From: Aeromonas phage vB_AsM_ZHF
Direction: 5' to 3' (one strand)
Sequence record: MW584871.1
DNA: 24,000 bases
Every line of letters starts with the position of its first letter. Within the stretch, counting starts at the first letter, position 1. The notes under the pieces are model-generated. The model made no database searches, had not been told where the DNA came from, and saw only the letters and a program-made list of their open reading frames with translations. Below, one piece after another: positions 5,508 through 12,975 of this stretch. Both the position numbers and the translations under genes were made by a program.

Positions 5508-5601
5508 TGGAGGAAGATATCCGATTCGAACGGATGGACCGTATTCCTACGATCGCCGGTTTTCAAGACCGGTGCCTTAAACCAACTCGGGCCAATCTTC
5601 C
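5508..5601 (-). tRNA. tRNA-Ser(TGA)
   Basis: GGAAGAT...ATCTTCC-T-CCA, stem CCGGT/ACCGG, loop CTTGAAA, long variable arm. Confidence 0.9.
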
Positions 5602-5721
5602 AGAATTCTTTTCAAATCAAAACACTTCCTGCGTCACTAGGATGAGAGTTCTGTCCACTTAAGGCTTGCTCCAGGAAAACCATGGCTTTTCACCATTTAT
5701 CCCATTCAAGACTGAATGCGT

Positions 5722-5783
5722 GTTTTGATTCGATAAGTTAATAATATCTTATTTCCAAAGCGTGTAAACAATATGCTTTAGAA
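5722..5783. repeat. copy 3 of the thrice-repeated element
   Basis: GTTTTGATTCGATAAGTTAATAATATCTTATTTCC...GTAAACAATATGCTTTAGAA; inverted repeat ATAAG/CTTAT. Confidence 0.75.
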
Positions 5784-5792
5784 ATTTGAATT

Positions 5793-5877
5793 TGGTGCAA
5801 GTAGTGGGACTCGAACCCACAATCCCGAAGGCGGGAGGTTTTAAGCCTCCAGTGTATACCAATTCCACCATACTTGC
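5793..5877 (-). tRNA. tRNA-Leu(TAA)
   Basis: GCAAGTA...TACTTGC-A-CCA, stem GGAGG/CCTCC, loop CTTAAAA. Confidence 0.93.
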
Positions 5878-6023
5878 ATAATAACGCCAGGTGCTCGGGT
5901 CTATGCTTCCCCGTTTACCGATAGCCCAGTCCATCCGCCGTAACTTAATCGGTTCAGTATTAAGGATGTAACCGCTTCGCTTCCTTACCGCATCGCGCTC
6001 GACCTTTTGTTATTTGGTATATC

Positions 6024-6031
6024 TATTTATG
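6024..6031 (-). promoter_or_regulatory. candidate late-type promoter element (CATAAATA)
   Basis: 7/8 match to the T4 late consensus TATAAATA on the strand reading into the tRNA cluster. Confidence 0.3.
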
Positions 6032-6093
6032 GGTGCCTGGTATGTGAATTTTTGCTCGATTTCAGCGATAACTTAAAAACGTTTCGCAATAAG

Positions 6094-6303
6094 TCACTTA
6101 TACTCAGTAACTACGATATCAGCGGTCTCGTCAACTTCTTCGCCACGCTTTCGAGAATAATATGGATATCTGAAATCGACGCCATCGCCTTCGATGCCTT
6201 CATCATGCCATGCTTCCATGAGATGCTGTTCACCCGAATTGCACATATAAGAAATGAACCATTCTTTTAGATGAGCGGGCAGTTTTACAACGACGGTTTC
6301 CAA
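6094..6303 (-). CDS. hypothetical protein
   Basis: 69-aa ORF in a compact minus-strand gene run. Confidence 0.55.
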   Translation of the reverse strand: METVVVKLPAHLKEWFISYMCNSGEQHLMEAWHDEGIEGDGVDFRYPYYSRKRGEEVDETADIVVTEYK

Positions 6304-6304
6304 T

Positions 6305-6550
6305 TCAAATCTCCTCAGCTCGGCTCTCGAGTTCCTTTTCTAAAAGGGTTTTGCAGAAATTCCAAACAAACGTTTCTTTTCCATTGTAGATATCTTGATC
6401 AAATGGGCACAGACCCCAATGTACAGTCGAGTTAAATGGAATATCTAATATATCAGCATCCCACGAATCAAAATTAGCGTACAGCCACTCTTTCAGGCTT
6501 TTCCACGATTTGAACGTTTTTTCTTTACCAGTCGGTGAAATAGTTTTCAT
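6305..6550 (-). CDS. hypothetical protein
   Basis: 81-aa ORF directly upstream of 6094..6303. Confidence 0.6.
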   Translation of the reverse strand: MKTISPTGKEKTFKSWKSLKEWLYANFDSWDADILDIPFNSTVHWGLCPFDQDIYNGKETFVWNFCKTLLEKELESRAEEI

Positions 6551-6565
6551 TTTGCGTTCTCAAAT

Positions 6566-7021
6566 TTACCAAAGTTCAATCTTTAATCCGAACATCGTAA
6601 CAACTGGTGTTACGCTTGTAACAAATTTGACGCTCGGAATAGGGGTATCTACCGAAATATCAATGGCGGCGAGCGGGGCTATCCCGGCACCCAAATCAAC
6701 ACCATTATACCATCGGTTATTGGCATATTTTGTTCCATATCGATAACCGGTCATAAAACCAACGCGATAACCAATATCAAAAATTCCATAAGTGTAAAAT
6801 GTGTCAGAATAAGCCAACTGAACCGAAGGTTTATTAATCGAGTTTTTCGACGTATATACTATTGAAAAGTTGTCAATTTCGACCCCTATCGCCGGATGTT
6901 TTTCATTCATTTCATCATTTTCGTAATGTTTTGAAAAACCACCAATTATCAAATTGGTTGAATCTGCGATCGCATAAGAAGATGCAAAAGCAAGAGCCAA
7001 AACCAAAACAATTTTTTTCAT
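6566..7021 (-). CDS. secreted beta-barrel-like outer-membrane protein
   Basis: Sec-type signal MKKIVLVLALAFASSYAIA-D, then Gly/aromatic alternating pattern (GFSKHY, HPAIGVE, GYRVGFMTGYRYG). Confidence 0.65.
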   Translation of the reverse strand: MKKIVLVLALAFASSYAIADSTNLIIGGFSKHYENDEMNEKHPAIGVEIDNFSIVYTSKNSINKPSVQLAYSDTFYTYGIFDIGYRVGFMTGYRYGTKYANNRWYNGVDLGAGIAPLAAIDISVDTPIPSVKFVTSVTPVVTMFGLKIELW

Positions 7022-7125
7022 TTTACCTCCTTCGGTATTAGTATTTCAGCACGCGTTATTGATTCCCTCCACGGCCAATTTCGATGGGTATTATAGTCAA
7101 CCCATTGTCAGAACTGTGTTGTTTC

Positions 7126-7338
7126 TCACAGAGTGTATTGATGTTCTGCTGCTACTTCACGAGCAATCTTTTCCATATTGCGGAATTGTGCCGTGTCATT
7201 TTTGAAGGTGCAATCAATGACCTTGCCATCTTTAAACATGATATAGCAATGAAATCCTTGAGTTTTATGGCCGCGAATCATGTCAACCTTTGTAATACCG
7301 TTAACTTTCGCGATATGTTGCGGGTGATAGATTTTCAT
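7126..7338 (-). CDS. hypothetical protein
   Basis: 70-aa ORF. Confidence 0.55.
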   Translation of the reverse strand: MKIYHPQHIAKVNGITKVDMIRGHKTQGFHCYIMFKDGKVIDCTFKNDTAQFRNMEKIAREVAAEHQYTL

Positions 7339-7360
7339 TTAAATTACTCCGTGTTGATTT

Positions 7361-7390
7361 GATGGGACTATCATAAAACATAGTCCCATC
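7361..7390. repeat. perfect 11-bp inverted repeat
   Basis: GATGGGACTAT-CATAAAAC-ATAGTCCCATC. Confidence 0.8.
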
Positions 7391-7398
7391 AATGTAAA

Positions 7399-7665
7399 CT
7401 ACTTTTTGTAAATTTTATCGACTACTACTTTGACGTAAATGAATTCAATTAGCTTCCATAGCAAGAAAAGAGCTACAGGTAGCCATGCTGCTGCAATGGC
7501 TCCATAAATCTGCATGGTTGATAGGCTTTTTGCTGGAAACTTTGAGTCGGGCTTTCCTTTCCGCCATTCGTCAAAGAATGCATAACCATGTAGCAAAACA
7601 TATACAATCAGTGCAACAGCAGTGTATTGAACGCTAGCTGCAAATAATTCAAATAAAAATTGCAT
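7399..7665 (-). CDS. small membrane protein (two hydrophobic segments)
   Basis: 88-aa ORF; AVALIVYVLLHGYAFF and IYGAIAAAWLPVALFLLWKLI. Confidence 0.6.
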   Translation of the reverse strand: MQFLFELFAASVQYTAVALIVYVLLHGYAFFDEWRKGKPDSKFPAKSLSTMQIYGAIAAAWLPVALFLLWKLIEFIYVKVVVDKIYKK

Positions 7666-8156
7666 TAGATAACCTTAATTTTAACGAGGTGTAATTTTGG
7701 AACAACGTATTCAGACTGGTTATACTCGATTTCAATAGACTCGACCACACGAATAAAATCGAAGTCATACTGTTTGGCATAACCGGTGATGTTTTCTTTC
7801 ACCATTTTGCAGAAATTGTCATGGCTGAATGAATTTGTATAATCGCCATCAAGTGGATCATACATATCTGGTGTCAACCCTAGATAGCGTTTGAATTGCA
7901 AAGACAAATGCATATTTTCTACAAAAATCTCAAACAAATCGGCGGCCATCCCAGGATTATAATCTTTGTTGCCATAGCCTTTATTTGTTTCGTCGTGGTA
8001 TGAACTGAAAATCGGTTTGATTTTCTCAAAGAATTCGATATCTTTCATTGGCCTGCCGGTATGAATGACATCATCGTAATCATCACCATCATTTTCCCAG
8101 GAAGTGATTTTAATGACGTATCCTTCTGGAATTACAGTTCCGGGTGCAAATTTCAT
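7665..8156 (-). CDS. hypothetical protein (163 aa)
   Basis: Long ORF abutting the neighbouring gene. Confidence 0.65.
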   Translation of the reverse strand: MKFAPGTVIPEGYVIKITSWENDGDDYDDVIHTGRPMKDIEFFEKIKPIFSSYHDETNKGYGNKDYNPGMAADLFEIFVENMHLSLQFKRYLGLTPDMYDPLDGDYTNSFSHDNFCKMVKENITGYAKQYDFDFIRVVESIEIEYNQSEYVVPKLHLVKIKVI

Positions 8157-8234
8157 TTTCTATACCTCAAGTCTATGCTTTATGTTAATCGAACTCAATT
8201 GTTCTGACAACTCTTGCAATGCCAACGTTTTCCA

Positions 8235-8501
8235 TCACAATTCCAAAGGCGTAAAGTAGTCCCATCCAATAAGACCATCAAGATCGTCTTCATCTAAGCC
8301 AGTTTGCTCTTTCATATGTTTCATAACCATGATGCTAATATGAGCAGAATAATCATCTGGCGGCATATCTGATGGAAACATGATACGACAAACTTCTTCA
8401 TTGTTGTTTCCTCCAAAACTGCCATTTATGTCATATTCACACCAGACTTTAACTAATTCGGATGTTTTCGTATGTAAAAATTCTTCTTGCTGATCTGTCA
8501 T
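8235..8501 (-). CDS. hypothetical protein
   Basis: 88-aa acidic ORF. Confidence 0.6.
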   Translation of the reverse strand: MTDQQEEFLHTKTSELVKVWCEYDINGSFGGNNNEEVCRIMFPSDMPPDDYSAHISIMVMKHMKEQTGLDEDDLDGLIGWDYFTPLEL

Positions 8502-8707
8502 TTATTTTTTCCAATTGTATCTGCATAAACGCGAAACGGAATAATGTAGCTGCATAGTGCAGTTGTCAATACAAATCCGCATTTTTGGCCAGTTGTCCAG
8601 ACAAAATTCCATCTGAATGTTGATGTTGTATACTTTATCACGTTAATAGCCAAAACTGTACATGCTGCCAAATACGTGATCACAAAATAAAACAAAAAGA
8701 TTTCCAT
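8498..8707 (-). CDS. small membrane protein
   Basis: Overlaps the start of the downstream gene by 4 nt; hydrophobic N-terminus. Confidence 0.6.
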   Translation of the reverse strand: MEIFLFYFVITYLAACTVLAINVIKYTTSTFRWNFVWTTGQKCGFVLTTALCSYIIPFRVYADTIGKNK

Positions 8708-8730
8708 AACTTCTCCGTATAGTTACAAAA

Positions 8731-8753
8731 ATGCCCTCCGAAGAGGGCATTTG
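8731..8753 (-). terminator. Rho-independent terminator
   Basis: Minus strand ATGCCCTC-TTCG-GAGGGCATTTTTG. Confidence 0.8.
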
Positions 8754-8757
8754 AAAA

Positions 8758-8964
8758 TTATTCAGCAGCTTCGACAGCTTCACCCAGAAGGCGAGGTTCA
8801 TGAACAACAACATCAACCAGTTCACTGCGAACTTCAGCAACTACTACGCGTTTTTCGCCTTCACCTTTGACAAGAGCAGTGAAAACAGGGCCTACTTCAA
8901 CAGAAACAGCACGGCCGGATACAGTCAGGGTAGAACCAGTGGACAGAATTACTTGCTTTTGCAT
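8758..8964 (-). CDS. hypothetical protein, Val/Glu-rich
   Basis: 68-aa ORF followed by a terminator; AAGGAAAATAAA upstream. Confidence 0.6.
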   Translation of the reverse strand: MQKQVILSTGSTLTVSGRAVSVEVGPVFTALVKGEGEKRVVVAEVRSELVDVVVHEPRLLGEAVEAAE

Positions 8965-9069
8965 TTTATTTTCCTTAAGTTTGATTAGTTTTCATTTCTG
9001 AACAACGTTTTGTTCATGAATTCATAGTACATCAATTTTCGTAGCTTTGAACAATAACTGCTTTTTGCT

Positions 9070-9507
9070 TTAATCTTGACGTAATTCTTCCACATATTCA
9101 TGTGCTGTTACGATAGGGAAGTCATACGATCCTTCATACTTAAGAGGACCAATGTCTTTTGCAATCGTGATGTGAGGAATGTATTCGTCAAAATCATGCG
9201 CTGACGAGCCAAGGATCTGGCCGTACGCGTGTCGTTTTTGCATGTACGGAGAATCATATGCCAGAACAAGAAAATTCTTTTCTGGAGTTTCAAAAATTCT
9301 CAGATAGCAACTGTCAGCCAAATGTTCAGGTGAATCGTCTGGGATAAATGGAACATATACTCTGCTATAAACGATAGTAGAATGAAGTTCGTCTCGAGGA
9401 ACAGGATTTGGCAATCTCAGTTCTTCTTGAATACGCTGGATAAAATCCAGCGTTTCATCACTAAATTTACAAGCAACGTATGTTCCTACGAAGCTGTCTG
9501 TAAACAT
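9070..9507 (-). CDS. acb1: Acb1-type anti-CBASS 2H phosphoesterase, T4 57B homologue
   Basis: Two HxT motifs: LH42-S-T44 and H112-I-T114; 145 aa; located next to 57A and gene 1 as in T4. Confidence 0.82.
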   Translation of the reverse strand: MFTDSFVGTYVACKFSDETLDFIQRIQEELRLPNPVPRDELHSTIVYSRVYVPFIPDDSPEHLADSCYLRIFETPEKNFLVLAYDSPYMQKRHAYGQILGSSAHDFDEYIPHITIAKDIGPLKYEGSYDFPIVTAHEYVEELRQD

Positions 9508-9740
9508 TATTCTTCTACCACTTCGACTTCTTGAGAAGTAACCAGAGCTTCTACTGCTTCTACAATAGAAGAAAGGGTAATACTATCTTCGCCATCAGCC
9601 GGAGTCACACCCACAATTTGGACGATTTTGGTGAGGGCATCTGAAAATTCTTTTGCTTGTTGTTGAGTAGCAACAAGTTGCTCGCTCAGATCAAAAACTC
9701 GAATTTTCAGGGAAGCGATGGTTTGTTGTTCTGCGTTCAT
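9507..9740 (-). CDS. 57A: tail fiber assembly chaperone, gp57A homologue
   Basis: 77 aa; SLKIRVFDLSEQLVATQQQAKEFSDALTKIVQIVGVTP...SIVEAVEAL follows the pattern of T4 gp57A; syntenic. Confidence 0.82.
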   Translation of the reverse strand: MNAEQQTIASLKIRVFDLSEQLVATQQQAKEFSDALTKIVQIVGVTPADGEDSITLSSIVEAVEALVTSQEVEVVEE

Positions 9741-10420
9741 TTTATATCCTTAGGGTTTAGTGTTTTTACGAAATTGTTAACGGATTCATGCAAATCTTCA
9801 AGCGTTCCAGTGTTATCAATTACATGATCACCAGAACGAATAGGAAGACCTGCTTCGGTGGAATGAGTATCTACTGAATCAGTATGACGAATAATATGAG
9901 CAACTACTGCTCCCAATTCTCGCATTTCTGACATTTCATGGTCTTGCCGACAGTCAGTAACAACGACATTTCCGTGATTCAATAGGAAATTTTCTAGATA
10001 TTGCAACCATATACGTTTATTTATTGCGCAACCAATATCAGTTCCAAATGTTTGCATCAGTCGACGTATTGACCATGCTTTCTTATTGCCAAGAACTGCT
10101 TCTGAAATAATTCCAGTATGCGCATATGTGTAATCGATTTGTTGGTCATCACACACAAGCATCCATGCAGATCGCATAATTCTAAAAACATCCGAATTAG
10201 AAATGGGCAAATATTCTTCACGGTCATAACCAAGACCGTTAAAATCATTCATATCAAAATATTGGACAAACATTGGCAACCGATTGTCATCTCGGATTGC
10301 ACGGTACAGGAAAATCTTGATAGGTTCTGCTAAAGCGTACTTATGAAAACCTTCTTTTTCCAATAGATCGCCTACTGTGTCTTTTCCACATCTCTTTTTC
10401 GCCGATAACGCAATTATCAT
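9737..10420 (-). CDS. 1: deoxynucleoside monophosphate kinase, gp1-like
   Basis: MIIALSAKKRCGKDTVGDLL P-loop; next to 57A and a gp3/19-type gene. Confidence 0.85.
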   Translation of the reverse strand: MIIALSAKKRCGKDTVGDLLEKEGFHKYALAEPIKIFLYRAIRDDNRLPMFVQYFDMNDFNGLGYDREEYLPISNSDVFRIMRSAWMLVCDDQQIDYTYAHTGIISEAVLGNKKAWSIRRLMQTFGTDIGCAINKRIWLQYLENFLLNHGNVVVTDCRQDHEMSEMRELGAVVAHIIRHTDSVDTHSTEAGLPIRSGDHVIDNTGTLEDLHESVNNFVKTLNPKDIK

Positions 10421-10422
10421 TG

Positions 10423-10950
10423 TTATACTCTCAAAGGTCGTATTAATTCACCATCTTTTTCAATTTCAAAATATTTGAAGAAAAAGGTAATTGTAAATGT
10501 CACAGAAACATCACCATCTTCAGTGTAAGAATACTCTATTTCACCGATTTCAGATGGCCAAGCACCATGATAATTGAATGAGGCAATTATATCACGCTTG
10601 GAGTTATTAAGAACATGAAGCGTTATTGCTGGCGGTTGATTAACCGTTCCCCACATAGTGGGAGTTTGCCGAGCATAATCATTCAATGAAAGCATCCATC
10701 TGTACATTTCGGTATATGCTTCAAAATCCTCATCAAGCAACACTCGAACAATCAACGGATCAAATTCGGTTGTTGTACTGGGCACGTTTTGTCTAGCAGT
10801 TCCCTGTGAATTTAATGGCATTTCTGTCGGAGGTATACGAAAACCTGGTATTGATGCTGATTGCACGTTCATGAGCATGGTCTTAATACCAGCAGATGAC
10901 GGTATATCAAGCGTAAAGTTAGTAATATTCGATTGATTGTTTAAAGCCAT
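10423..10950 (-). CDS. tail-tube-fold protein, probably gp3-like tail terminator
   Basis: 175 aa; C-terminal GAWPSEIGEIEYSYTEDGDVSVTFTITFFFKYFEI resembles the gp19/gp54/gp3 group; position fits T4 gene 3. Confidence 0.72.
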   Translation of the reverse strand: MALNNQSNITNFTLDIPSSAGIKTMLMNVQSASIPGFRIPPTEMPLNSQGTARQNVPSTTTEFDPLIVRVLLDEDFEAYTEMYRWMLSLNDYARQTPTMWGTVNQPPAITLHVLNNSKRDIIASFNYHGAWPSEIGEIEYSYTEDGDVSVTFTITFFFKYFEIEKDGELIRPLRV

Positions 10951-10971
10951 TGTAAAACTCCATAAAAATTA

Positions 10972-11160
10972 AAACCTGTTTACAGGTTTGAGCTTGCTCA
11001 AACTTATCTTTTTATCCTTTTAGTTATAATATCTATTAAGCCATAAAGGATAAAAATGAATGATTCAAGCAAGCTTGAATCTGGCAAGCCAGTAACCTTT
11101 ATATAACCGGATGCATACAGGGTTTAACCGGAATCACCCTGCTAAACTTGTTACGTCAAG
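10972..11160. other. structured noncoding region with serial inverted repeats
   Basis: AAACCTG-CAGGTTT, GTTTGAGC-GCTCAAAC, TTTTTATCCTTT-AAAGGATAAAAA, ATTCAAGC-GCTTGAAT, CTGGC-GCCAG, CAGGGT-ACCCTG. Confidence 0.7.
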
Positions 11161-11182
11161 ATATATGGTTTATTGATCTATA

Positions 11183-11215
11183 AAATAAAATGGCCCAGAC
11201 GAAGTCCAGGCCATT
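11183..11215 (-). terminator. Rho-independent terminator
   Basis: Minus strand AATGGCC-TGGACTTCGTCTG-GGCCATTTTATTTTA just after the gp2-like stop. Confidence 0.75.
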
Positions 11216-11219
11216 ACCA

Positions 11220-12038
11220 TTAAGCACGTGCCCATACCTTTTTGGCAGAGTATCGTTTGCCTTTCGACATAAACTGCTGCAGCGGCATGTAAATAACGTT
11301 CACCCAGTCGCTAGGTTTCACTTCTAGCATTGAACCCTTTAAATGAGCTGGTAAATATGCTTTTATCATGACGTCGGAACCATTCATTCCTTTAACATTC
11401 GACCAATTTATTTTCAAAGTCGTTTTATTGGAGAGTCGTTCGGTATTTGCATAATTTTTTAGCAATTCTTCTAAAAAGCTTTGTCTAGCTTTTGGAGGAA
11501 TATAGTGCAGGTTCAAGCCATACATTAATGGGCCTGACGAAGTTGTGCCTATTCCCAAAAATAAAATTAGCGGGAATCTATCCCAATATTCGAGAGTATC
11601 TTTGTGCTTTGCATCATATGCGAAAGTGTAAATTCTCCCTGGTTTCGGGTTTGATACCATGTGACCACGAATTGATTTTTTGACAGTATCATTGAACCAT
11701 TTTTGTGATTTATTATTGTTTGCTGCTCCAGTGTCAGCTGCTCTAGAACGTAATTGACTTCTAAAGTCATTTATCATGACTAATGCTTTTTCGCGTGCAT
11801 TTAATTTTGCTTTATTTTTTAGACTTTCGACTTCTATGGCAATATCAATTTGCTTTGCGAATTTAAGCATAGTCCGTCTAAACGTGTCATAATTTAGACC
11901 CTTTGATTTTGCAAAATCCTTTCCTGATACACCTTTGGATTTTGCTTCTCTCCATTCTATTCCCAATGTTACCCATTGGTTTCTTGACTTTTTCTGTGGA
12001 GCTTCATTGATATAGTCAAAAATCATTATCCTCTCCAT
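11220..12038 (-). CDS. 2: DNA end protector protein, gp2-like
   Basis: 272 aa (T4 gp2 is of similar length); YDAKHKDTLEYWDRFPLILFLG...GLNLHYIPP motif; adjacent to gp4-like. Confidence 0.78.
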   Translation of the reverse strand: MERIMIFDYINEAPQKKSRNQWVTLGIEWREAKSKGVSGKDFAKSKGLNYDTFRRTMLKFAKQIDIAIEVESLKNKAKLNAREKALVMINDFRSQLRSRAADTGAANNNKSQKWFNDTVKKSIRGHMVSNPKPGRIYTFAYDAKHKDTLEYWDRFPLILFLGIGTTSSGPLMYGLNLHYIPPKARQSFLEELLKNYANTERLSNKTTLKINWSNVKGMNGSDVMIKAYLPAHLKGSMLEVKPSDWVNVIYMPLQQFMSKGKRYSAKKVWARA

Positions 12039-12478
12039 CCAAAATGAGTTCTAAGAGAATTTTCAGTTATTATCTTGAAATTCCAACCTTTTTCCATACA
12101 CAAGGCATTAGCAGCTTTCCACTTATCTGTATTCACTTGCCATGTGTACATTTCTGCCATAAATTGCTTTTTGGCTTTCGCAGTATTCGTAGACTTCATC
12201 TGGGGAGGTCTGCATTCCTTTTCGGGTTTTACTTCGAACAGGAATACTTGGCCGTTTGACATTTTGACCCAAAAATCCATGAAATATCTTCGTCTTTTTC
12301 CGTCAGCATTCGAAAAGTACGGGATTATTACTTCTTCAGAATTCCATGCTAAAACTGAAGGCGACTGATCGCAAAATTTCATGACCCACGCTTCCCAACT
12401 GGACCTATACGTGATTTTATCTGCATTGCCCTTGTATTTTTCGATGTTTTTTGGCCTAAATTTTCCAGAATATGCCAT
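12026..12478 (-). CDS. 4: head completion nuclease, gp4-like
   Basis: 150 aa; YRSSWEAWVMKFCDQSPSVLAWNSEEVIIPYFSNADGKRRRYFMDFWVKMSNGQVFLFEVKPEKE (endonuclease-like E...D...ExK). Confidence 0.88.
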   Translation of the reverse strand: MAYSGKFRPKNIEKYKGNADKITYRSSWEAWVMKFCDQSPSVLAWNSEEVIIPYFSNADGKRRRYFMDFWVKMSNGQVFLFEVKPEKECRPPQMKSTNTAKAKKQFMAEMYTWQVNTDKWKAANALCMEKGWNFKIITENSLRTHFGWRG

Positions 12479-12972
12479 TATCTACCCCTATTTACATAAT
12501 CTCGCAAATTGTTAGCCCATGTGTTCCACTCACCAACTACTTTTTGTGTATACGTCTTGCTTATCACATATCTAACTGGTTCGCTTGGAGGATTACCTGG
12601 CTCAATTGGCGTAACAACGTCGTATGTTAAAACAACAAGGTATGAATATTCTTTTTCCATTACTCTTGGCGCAAGAAAAGAATACAAATCCGTTGTTTGT
12701 GGATCAGGCAAATCTTCCCATCTATTTGCTGTTTCACGTTCTCCGGTTTTTAAACGATATGATAAACCACCGTTAAGGGTAAAAACTCCAGTATATTGTC
12801 CTGAAAATCCATTGTTGACAATAACTATTCCTTCATTTTGATCTATAGCACTAATTTCCAAAGAAACCAGGGTTGCCCCTGGTTCAGTTAGGTTTGCGCT
12901 AAATGTCTGCGATACTATTTCATTTTCCCTTTTAACAGGCAAAACGGCTGATGCTGGTAATATATTTGACAT
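12478..12972 (-). CDS. unassigned structural or accessory protein (164 aa)
   Basis: Complete ORF tightly packed between gp4- and gp5-like genes. Confidence 0.75.
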   Translation of the reverse strand: MSNILPASAVLPVKRENEIVSQTFSANLTEPGATLVSLEISAIDQNEGIVIVNNGFSGQYTGVFTLNGGLSYRLKTGERETANRWEDLPDPQTTDLYSFLAPRVMEKEYSYLVVLTYDVVTPIEPGNPPSEPVRYVISKTYTQKVVGEWNTWANNLRDYVNRGR

Positions 12973-12975
12973 GAA

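Noticed and set aside
5421-5645. Plus-strand ORF of 74 aa (MLVGFEPTIRFRM...)
   Set aside because: It lies across the antisense of tRNA-Ser(TGA) and the 5419 tRNA-like gene; the VGFEPT peptide is the usual artefact of translating tRNA T arms.
11056-11106. Small plus-strand ORF after AAAGGATAAAA in the structured intergenic region
   Set aside because: Only 16 codons (MNDSSKLESGKPVTFI) before a stop, with no other support.
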